Shown here piece after piece: positions 41,573 through 49,146 of a DNA stretch of 64,000 nucleotides (the first letter of the stretch is position 1; each line of letters opens with the position of its first letter). Location of the stretch: positions 5,456 to 69,455 of the forward strand of contig DATEOC010000017.1 in the NCBI GenBank assembly GCA_035274425.1. The letters are read 5' to 3'. The notes under the pieces were generated by a model, which saw nothing but the letters and a program-made list of their open reading frames with translations, did not search any database and was not told where the DNA came from. Made by a program: the position numbers and the translations under genes. This stretch comes from Chloroflexia bacterium (GTDB lineage Bacteria; Chloroflexota; Chloroflexia; QHBQ01; JADMIH01).

Positions 41573-41878
41573 CGAAGCTGTCTCTTACCCACCGCGCCTG
41601 CACATCTACCCTGACCACATCCGACTTGGATCTATCGGCTAGAACGGCCAAATGTCGGCGAAAGATCGTAGTCGGCATGCGATATGGTAAGCCCTATCGA
41701 GGGAAATACCCGAATCTGTGGCAATTGTTGCCTCGTTTGTGTAGACGTGTCCACTCCGGAACCATCACAAGCAGGTTACATCTGTTGAGCACGCTGCGAG
41801 CATTGACAATTAGCGCGAACTAGTGTAACATCCACGCGGTTTACCTCGAAACTCGCCTCAAATAGCTTATTTGGATTT

Positions 41879-42106
41879 TTGACTATTGTGGGAACAACAA
41901 AAACTCGACAGGTGCTGGGTGCCCAGATGAAGCGCTATCGTAGATTATTGCGACTTTCCCAACAAGACCTGTCCAAACTGTCTGGCCTTAATCGAAGCTA
42001 TCTGGGAAGCGTTGAACGTGGTGAGCGTAATATTGGGATAGATAACCTAGAGGAAGTTGCTAAAGCACTAGGAATTGAAGCCTGGCAACTTCTGCGCGAG
42101 GAATGA
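41879..42106 (+). CDS. Controller (C) protein of a restriction-modification system (XRE-type HTH)
   Basis: RSYLGSVERGERNIGIDNLEEVAKALGIEAWQLL closely follows the C-protein pattern (R.YIS.VERG.RN.SL..L.KIA.AL). A TTGTgggaACAA palindrome lies within the first 50 nt, so the true start may be the downstream MKRYRR (41927). Confidence 0.6.
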   Translation: MTIVGTTKTRQVLGAQMKRYRRLLRLSQQDLSKLSGLNRSYLGSVERGERNIGIDNLEEVAKALGIEAWQLLREE

Positions 42107-42115
42107 TCCCCACAT

Positions 42116-43378
42116 CTATAGGTCCGGTTTTCGCAGTACAAGTATTCCATCCTTCTTGCCTGCTCCATTTCCATGATAGTCGGCGCGGGCAGTGTATGCA
42201 TATTTTCCGACGCCAAAATGAGTTGTTCGATAAATTATCTGCGTAAGTTCAAAACCAATACTAATCGCTATCTCAGAACACATCGCCAGTACAGGCACTA
42301 GCTCTCCGTGGATTGTAGCATCACCTAGAACAACACAGCAGTAACAGCCGGGTTGGAGCACAGTGAGCGCCTGCAAAAGCATTTGGCGCTGGTTGTCGAA
42401 GTACGATTGGTATATCTCCTTCTTTGTGGCTGGCCAAGCACGAATTTCTAAGCTACGAAGTGTTTCCAAGTCATATTGTCCCCAGAGTTCGGGGAAACCC
42501 TTTGCCCATTGAAACTCAAGGTTATAAGCCGGAAAGTAATCAAAGGAATTAAGATAAGGTGGATGTGCGATTATCAAACCTATCGGCTCTTCCTTCGTGA
42601 CAGGTAGCCGGGACAATTCGCGATTGTCTGCTAGCTCGGCCACCGCTGACACATTAGTACGCGTGCGCAAATTCCATTCCATCTCCCGGTCTATCATCTC
42701 TCGTACCTTCTTAGCATAAGCCTTCCATACAGGACGTGGCCTTTTGTCCTTATTTATGTGAGGTCGGATTTCACCGTCATAGGCATTGGATACACGACGA
42801 ATGATAGCAAAATACGCTAGTGTAAAGAACTCACGATATTCGTCTTCCTGGAGTTGAAGAATGCATGATTTGAGTATAGCAAGACTGTTTCTTGATAACT
42901 CACTGAACCATTTGTCAACGCTAGGCGTGTTTGGAAGATATTGTTTAGCAATATCGAGGGATGCGTTGTACGTATATTTTGACCTATTTGTTATCAGATC
43001 CTCGCTGCTTAGTAGCAATGAGTAATGTTCTTCCAGCAACGCACTTAAGTCTTGCCAGCGCCTATTTAGCTCAACTACCGAGTAGTTACGGCACTTTACG
43101 CGACATGCAAGAATAGCAAAAGGATTAACATCTACACCAATCGAGTTATAACCGGCTAGTTTAGCTTCAACCAGTGTTGTACCTGACCCGGCATAGTTGT
43201 CGAGTATGGTCATATTGGGGCGAGCGAATTCATCAATGAGTTTCTTCGCTACTAGAGAAGGGAACTTACCGTAGTACCTGAAGAAGTTGTGAGTGAGGTA
43301 GGCAAGCTCTGAAATTGACTCCGAGATGTCCCAAGTTTGCGTGGGTACATTAGCAACCTCGTCAAATAGCGTAGGCAT
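42116..43378 (-). CDS. DNA methyltransferase (N6-adenine/N4-cytosine amino-MTase family), motif I before motif IV
   Basis: Motif I ILDNYAGSGTTLVEA (FxGxG). Motif IV LIIAHPPY ((D/N/S)PPY-like) ~200 aa downstream. AT-richer than the host. Confidence 0.7.
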   Translation of the reverse strand: MPTLFDEVANVPTQTWDISESISELAYLTHNFFRYYGKFPSLVAKKLIDEFARPNMTILDNYAGSGTTLVEAKLAGYNSIGVDVNPFAILACRVKCRNYSVVELNRRWQDLSALLEEHYSLLLSSEDLITNRSKYTYNASLDIAKQYLPNTPSVDKWFSELSRNSLAILKSCILQLQEDEYREFFTLAYFAIIRRVSNAYDGEIRPHINKDKRPRPVWKAYAKKVREMIDREMEWNLRTRTNVSAVAELADNRELSRLPVTKEEPIGLIIAHPPYLNSFDYFPAYNLEFQWAKGFPELWGQYDLETLRSLEIRAWPATKKEIYQSYFDNQRQMLLQALTVLQPGCYCCVVLGDATIHGELVPVLAMCSEIAISIGFELTQIIYRTTHFGVGKYAYTARADYHGNGAGKKDGILVLRKPDL

Positions 43379-43496
43379 GATTGCTCCTTATAAGTATCAG
43401 CTTCATATTGAGTTCATCATACCTAATCTGTGGGGACGAGTCAACAGTTATGCACATCAATCATAAGTACTGCGATCTACACAAGGAGGCTATTCG

Positions 43497-44543
43497 ATGG
43501 ACTACACTGAGGGGGACATAGAGACGGAGGCACTTCCTGGGCAAAGAACAACACAGGAGGGCATCTCGAAAATATTCTACTTTTTTGAGCGCTACACAAC
43601 ATTATCTAGTGGCCGCACAATCGGTCGGAAAATCGGTGTGGTCCAGGAGATTGTAGTTCGTAGCTATTTGTTACAGTATGGACGTTTGGCTGATGCTGTG
43701 ATCTTCGAGCCGCAACTTCCTGGTTACTCTGGAGCAACCCACAAAGTAGAGTTCGTGTTTTGTCAGCCGATCAAAGTAGTAGAATTTGGTCTAGGATGTT
43801 CTAGTCCAATTGGATCCTGCCAATTTACGCTGTTGTCGATAGATACGGAAAAGATGCGGGCGACATTCTCAGTAACGAACGGAGAAAGAGAACAAAAAGC
43901 AACCTTGATACCCTTTCAAGTGCTGGATAGCGCAAAAGGGAATAAGGGTAAAGGTGTACTCTCATTCGGAGCAACTGTCAAGATAAGCACTCTCACCGAT
44001 GATCGGGTCAGGCTTGTCGTTCTTGACCGCGCAGACGTAAGAGCGTCCGTTGAGAGCAAACGGGTTGGAGCACAGCGTTTTTCTGGCTCTGATAAGCTCG
44101 GTGCAGGTATTCAGACTATCGAAAAGGCAAAGCAAGCTTCTTTGGTGGCCATTGATGCCGACCTCCTGTTTAATGGACAGCTAAAAGTACTTTCAGTACC
44201 TGGGGCAACTAGGCGCTACATTTCTGTGGTTGTTCTAGGTAACGGTGTTCACTGGACCGAGAAAGACTTGAGCGTGCTAAAGACTTATGTAGACTTTACA
44301 TTCCTAATTCCTGACGACTCTATCATTCGGTACGCGGAACATGTACTCCAACTCGCAACAGAAGCTGGCCACCCCTTCATTGATTTCTTTCAATCGTATT
44401 TTGAGGGAATGACCAAAGCGGTTCCCGATGGATTTACTGTAGGCGAGGGGGACTTTCAGGTTCTAAGGCCGGAAACAGAGACGCGAACACTGTCGGATAT
44501 TCTCGATTCGCAACTGGACACTTACCCAATAGTTGAAGCATAG
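43497..44543 (+). CDS. Candidate restriction endonuclease partner of the adjacent methyltransferase (hypothetical protein)
   Basis: Inference from position: divergent from the MTase, next to a C gene, in lower-GC DNA. No nuclease motif recognised; type II REases are rarely recognisable by eye. Confidence 0.35.
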   Translation: MDYTEGDIETEALPGQRTTQEGISKIFYFFERYTTLSSGRTIGRKIGVVQEIVVRSYLLQYGRLADAVIFEPQLPGYSGATHKVEFVFCQPIKVVEFGLGCSSPIGSCQFTLLSIDTEKMRATFSVTNGEREQKATLIPFQVLDSAKGNKGKGVLSFGATVKISTLTDDRVRLVVLDRADVRASVESKRVGAQRFSGSDKLGAGIQTIEKAKQASLVAIDADLLFNGQLKVLSVPGATRRYISVVVLGNGVHWTEKDLSVLKTYVDFTFLIPDDSIIRYAEHVLQLATEAGHPFIDFFQSYFEGMTKAVPDGFTVGEGDFQVLRPETETRTLSDILDSQLDTYPIVEA

Positions 44544-44775
44544 CAATAAGCTCAAAATAGAGATGAACCGTAGTGTTGACAGCAGCCCTTCAACGCATAA
44601 GGTAGGCATATCTTCTTAGTCACAAATTTATCACACCATATGCATAATCAACCCATCTCAACGATCACCAAGTAACATAGTAGGCAAATCCACAGGCACA
44701 AACCCCACTACTCATCTATCCCCAACCATCACCACTCTCTCGAATCTCGCCTTCGGCACAAATATAAAGTCTTCT

Positions 44776-47700
44776 CTAATAAGCAGATAGAAGTTTGACT
44801 TCATCTGCAATCACGACCGGGTGCATCTTCAAAGCTATAGTATCGCTGTGCCTCAGATCATCAGGTGGCTGCACTCCTACCCCGCGACCCTTCCCGCTTA
44901 CTTGGACACGTCCCGTAATTATGAAGGGACCGTGCCCACCGTTGACTAACACTTTCCCATTGCCCTGGTAGGCATCGGAAAATAGCACCACCTCTATAAG
45001 TCCGTCTCGGTCCTGTATGGATAGGAAGAGCATCCACTTGCCATCTTTACCCCTATGCCTGCGACCTGCCACCGCAATTCCTGCCACCTTCACATTATGG
45101 TCTGCATATCGGTGTAGCTCGCTCGATGGAATAGCGCCCGGCACTTCCAGCCACTCCATCTCATTGTGACTCAAGGTAAACCCTAACGCCTCTTGCTCCA
45201 ACTTCAGTTTTTCGGTTGGTGTATAGTCATCCAACTGTGGCACGTCAATGTGTAGCGTATTCCTGCCTAATATCTTAGGGTTGCCAATGCCCCCACCTGC
45301 ACCACGATCTGCACTAGGATGAATGAAGTCCCCACCTATAGCTATTTGCAACCCCATGCCTTTGCCATCCGAGCCTGTAGCGAATAGTCTATCTGCGATT
45401 GACTGGCGACTTGTACTCCTCACTGTAAGGCTACGTGTTGACAGGAGAGCTGGCAAGAGCCTCATCATCTGCTTGCGGTTTAGGTCCATTATAGGCTCAT
45501 ATACAGCCTCTATCGTTTCGCCCATGCTTCCACGTATTGACGCAATCGAGGGTATGCTTGCATCTCCTCCCAGGTTATCGCAAGCTCCCACCTTCACCAG
45601 TGCTGTTATCTCCTGCGGACCCATTTCTACCCTCGCCATCAAATCAAGTAGAGAGTGAAACCGCCCGCCGTTGCGCCGCTCATTGAGTATAGCCGCTACC
45701 GTCTTCTCTGATAGACCTTTCACGAACTGCAAGCCGAAGCGGATGCTACGCTGTTCGCCTGAGCCTGTAGGCACTTCGCACCATGAGCCACTTTCGTTTA
45801 CGTGGGGCACAAGTAGCTTTATGCGTAAGCGTCGAGCGTCTTCGACGTAGACGGATGGCCCATAATAACCCCCGCCGTTGTTGATTTGCGCGGCCAGGAA
45901 CATAGCCGGGTAGTGCGCCTTCATATAGGCCGAACGGTAGGCAGTAAGGGCGTAGGAGTGAGCATGAGCCGCGCAGAAGCCGAAGCCCGTATAGCCCGCT
46001 ATTATCTCCCATACCTTCTGAGCCTGTAACTGGTCTATGCCCCGTTCTATCGCCCCCGCTACAAACTGACTTCCCATTTGGGTGCGCTCATCCGCCGAGC
46101 GCGTCTTGCCCAACGCTTTGCGTAGCTTCTCAGCTTCGCCCAGGTTCAGCCCTGCCAGCTTATGCACCAGTTTTAGGAACTGCTCCTGGAACAGTATCAC
46201 TCCTTTAGTGTTCCTCAGTATCTCCTCCATAGAAGGGTGCAGGTAGCTTATCTCCTCTTGCCCTACGTGCCGCCGCACGAAGGCTTCCAGAAAGCCTCCC
46301 TCTAATGGCCCCGGCCTGAATAGAGAAATCGCCACCGCTACATCGTCCAGGTTGCGTGGTCTGAGCCACTTCAATAATCCGCGCATACCCGGACTCTCCA
46401 ACTGGAAGCAGCCGAGGGTATCCCCTTCGGCCATCATGCGATAGGTGCGCTCATCATCTATTGGGATAGCTTGCAGCCATTTTTCTAGTTCACCACCCTT
46501 ACCACCCTTACCACCTTTGCCAGTTGCCATACCTGATGCTTGCACAGCATCCACCAGCGTTGTAAGCGCCCGGCTGCCGAGTATATCCATCTTTACCAGG
46601 CCCAGCACCTCTATGGCATCTTTGTCGTATTGGGTGATAGCCATTGAGGGGTCGCGTGCTGCCCTTTGCAAAGGAACCAGATTAGCCAAAGGGTCGGGCG
46701 TTATGACCACCGCAGCGCAGTGCATACCAGCGTGGCGGGGCAAGCCTTCGATAGCGTGCGCCAGGGCAAAGGCGGTGCGCTCATTGTCATCTCGCAGCTT
46801 TGGAGTCGGGGCGGTATCATTCTCCTCATCATGGGCATCGGATAATGCCTCATATTCCAGCGCCTCTTCCATAGCCTCTATATCACCTGAGCCATCTGGA
46901 TCGCCTGTGCTATCTGAGTCATCTCCATAATCGAAAGCATGGGGAAGGCGGTTAGCCATATAGCTGATGCGGTCTGCCCTTACACCCATGACTTTAGCCA
47001 TCTCTCGCCACGCCGAGCGCAAACGAAATGTGATATGAGTGCCCACCGTCGCCACATGGTCGCGTCCATAACGCTCATATATGTAGTGCAATACCTGGTC
47101 TCGCCCGCGCCAGCACACATCGAGGTCTATGTCCGGCATCTCAAACTCTGCACGTGCAGGGTTCAAGAACCGCTCAAAGAGGAGGTCTTTCTGAATAGGG
47201 TCTACCTGGGTAATACCAAGCACGTATGCCACCAGGCTGTTAGCGGCGGAACCACGCGCCATGATGGGGATGTCTTTCGATTGGGCAAAACGCACTATGT
47301 CATATACGACAAGAAAGTAGGCAGAGAAGCCTAGCGCCTCTATAATCTCTAGCTCATGCTTCAGGCGGGCTAGAACCTGCTCAGTAAGAGGGCGATAACG
47401 GCTAGTGGCTCCGGCAAAACATAGCTTCCAAAGTTTGGAGAACGGGGTCTCACCACTCGGCAAATCCACGCCTGGAAAGAGAGGTTTGTAAAGAGGGAGT
47501 TCAAGATTGCACTGTTCGGCTATGAAGTGAGTATTGGCTATGGCCTGTGGGTAGTCAGCAAAGAGGTGGGCCATCTCATCCGCCGACTTGAAGTAGCGTT
47601 CGGTCCCTACTTCCTCTTGTAGAGCTGCATCGCCTCTTAGCTCACCTATAGCCTGCGTATGCGCACTGTATTTGCGCCTGATACCTTTGCGAGCAGAGGC

Positions 47701-48480
47701 TAGAGCACGGGCGGTAGCTGCATCTTTGTCGGCAAGGTAAAGCACATCGTTTGTCGCTACGATGGGCACTCCCATGTCATTCGCCAGACTGATCAGGGCG
47801 GGCAGAGTGGCAGCATCCTTATCGTCAAGCAACTGCAATTCGATAAAGACGTTCCCCTCGCCGAAGGCCGTTATGAGAGTGCCTATAGACCTTGCCGCTT
47901 GCTCCATCTTGCCTCGCCTGACCAGTGAATTGACAAGCCCATGCCGTCCACCAGATAAGGCTATCAGCCCTCTGGCATGGCGACCCGATAACAATAGCTC
48001 GCGGGGTAGAAGCGGCTCTTTTTGTAGTCGTAGCGAAGGCGAAGCTGCGAGCTTGGATTTCTTCGGCTTATCGGTAAAGCCGAACACTGGCACACCCCAC
48101 ACCCCATCCTCCCAAAATGGCGCTTCTTCCTCTTCATTATAGCCCGGTGGCTCTAAGGCTTGGGGGTCGGCGTTGAGTCGGAGGACGGTTGCCAACTGGC
48201 AGAGGTTGCGATAGCCGTCCATGTTCCGGGCCAATAGCACTAGACTTGATGATTGCACCTCGCCCGCTTCGTCAAGGTCAATCTCCATGCCCACTATCGG
48301 CTTGATACCTGATTTCTGAGCCTGGACATAGAAAGAGACTGCCCCATATAGGCTATTGTGGTCCGTGAGCGCCAGCGCGCTCATGCCTTGCTTTTTGGCT
48401 GTGCTGATGAGGTTCTGAGGCGTGGCCGTGCCTTCTAGGAGGGAGTAACCGGAATGGCAATGGAGATGCACAAACCCCAT
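44776..48480 (-). CDS. dnaE: DNA polymerase III alpha subunit family protein (DnaE/DnaE2-like) with unusual acidic/low-complexity insertions
   Basis: N-terminal PHP domain HLHCHSGYSLLEG...ALTDHNSLYG. Fingers/palm blocks (GSAANSLVAYVLGIT, PDIDLDV, FGFCAAHAHSYA). C-terminal OB-fold. Insertions include DDSDSTGDPDGSGDIEAMEEALEYEALSDAHDEEND and GKGGKGGKGG. Confidence 0.8.
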   Translation of the reverse strand: MGFVHLHCHSGYSLLEGTATPQNLISTAKKQGMSALALTDHNSLYGAVSFYVQAQKSGIKPIVGMEIDLDEAGEVQSSSLVLLARNMDGYRNLCQLATVLRLNADPQALEPPGYNEEEEAPFWEDGVWGVPVFGFTDKPKKSKLAASPSLRLQKEPLLPRELLLSGRHARGLIALSGGRHGLVNSLVRRGKMEQAARSIGTLITAFGEGNVFIELQLLDDKDAATLPALISLANDMGVPIVATNDVLYLADKDAATARALASARKGIRRKYSAHTQAIGELRGDAALQEEVGTERYFKSADEMAHLFADYPQAIANTHFIAEQCNLELPLYKPLFPGVDLPSGETPFSKLWKLCFAGATSRYRPLTEQVLARLKHELEIIEALGFSAYFLVVYDIVRFAQSKDIPIMARGSAANSLVAYVLGITQVDPIQKDLLFERFLNPARAEFEMPDIDLDVCWRGRDQVLHYIYERYGRDHVATVGTHITFRLRSAWREMAKVMGVRADRISYMANRLPHAFDYGDDSDSTGDPDGSGDIEAMEEALEYEALSDAHDEENDTAPTPKLRDDNERTAFALAHAIEGLPRHAGMHCAAVVITPDPLANLVPLQRAARDPSMAITQYDKDAIEVLGLVKMDILGSRALTTLVDAVQASGMATGKGGKGGKGGELEKWLQAIPIDDERTYRMMAEGDTLGCFQLESPGMRGLLKWLRPRNLDDVAVAISLFRPGPLEGGFLEAFVRRHVGQEEISYLHPSMEEILRNTKGVILFQEQFLKLVHKLAGLNLGEAEKLRKALGKTRSADERTQMGSQFVAGAIERGIDQLQAQKVWEIIAGYTGFGFCAAHAHSYALTAYRSAYMKAHYPAMFLAAQINNGGGYYGPSVYVEDARRLRIKLLVPHVNESGSWCEVPTGSGEQRSIRFGLQFVKGLSEKTVAAILNERRNGGRFHSLLDLMARVEMGPQEITALVKVGACDNLGGDASIPSIASIRGSMGETIEAVYEPIMDLNRKQMMRLLPALLSTRSLTVRSTSRQSIADRLFATGSDGKGMGLQIAIGGDFIHPSADRGAGGGIGNPKILGRNTLHIDVPQLDDYTPTEKLKLEQEALGFTLSHNEMEWLEVPGAIPSSELHRYADHNVKVAGIAVAGRRHRGKDGKWMLFLSIQDRDGLIEVVLFSDAYQGNGKVLVNGGHGPFIITGRVQVSGKGRGVGVQPPDDLRHSDTIALKMHPVVIADEVKLLSAY

Positions 48481-48804
48481 GACAGACCTACTTCATTAGT
48501 CCAACAGCATGAATGTAACGTCGTTCTAATTACATACATATCACAGAACTAATGTTCTAGTCAAGAGGATTGGCTATTATTGGTGCAAATCTGCTGATAG
48601 ATATGCTATAATCCCTTTACGGTGACGTAATCTCAGTTTGATAAAATGACATATTAAGTGCGCGGTCAGGCACCATTTTTTATCACCAGTTTATCACGGC
48701 CTGCTTATAACAACCTATCCCGAACCATCACTAAGCATCACTGCTCACGCACAAATAGGTACGGAGGCATACAATCTAACGCCAACTAACACCTACTTGT
48801 GTAA

Positions 48805-48821
48805 TCCCGCCTCCGGCACCT
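48805..48821. repeat. attR-like direct repeat: 17-bp copy of the tRNA-Leu 3' end
   Basis: tcccgcctccggcacct is identical to 33444-33460. It sits within a 665-bp AT-rich non-coding region. Confidence 0.7.
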
Positions 48822-49146
48822 TCCCCGTCTCTATGTTCACTTCCACTTGCAGTGATATTCTAAAACTAGGCATAAAAAGAGATACAAAACGGACCTCTTT
48901 TTCTTTTCGCTCACAAATCGCTCATTTAACTACATATTACTCCACCTGACAGCATATCCTGTTACTTTATCCCGCAATTTAGCCAATTCTGGTGATGCGG
49001 CCTCTTACTTCATAGCTTAAGATAGAGCTTACTTCCACCTTTTCTGCGGTTCGTGTCTACTCCCTATTGACCAGAAGGTGCTGCTGAGTGGTATAATTGG
49101 TCGCATAATTTCTGCGGTCTAATAGTCTATTGCCGGAGGTTGGGCA

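Larger units (their letters stand above)
33444..48821. mobile_element. ~15.4-kb integrated element (integrative element / satellite-like island) inserted at the 3' end of tRNA-Leu, bounded by a 17-bp direct repeat
   Basis: tcccgcctccggcacct occurs at 33444-33460 (tRNA-Leu 3' end) and again at 48805-48821. A tyrosine integrase lies immediately inside attL. There are Xis-like HTHs, a Prim-Pol replication protein and an R-M system. Patchy lower GC. TTTTTTATCACCAKTTTATCAC motifs sit inside both ends (33513-33538 and 48672-48697). Confidence 0.6.

Noticed and set aside
41551-41823. 90-aa ORF on + strand upstream of the C-protein gene
   Set aside because: No motifs. It overlaps the MmeI-like remnant on the opposite strand and is more likely promoter/operator DNA for the C gene.
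48481-49146. 665-bp AT-rich non-coding region as a possible structured ncRNA (RNase P, tmRNA, 6S etc.)
   Set aside because: I could not recognise any conserved ncRNA signature by eye. It is better explained as the element end (attR plus arm sites) and the NRPS promoter region. A covariance-model scan would be needed.
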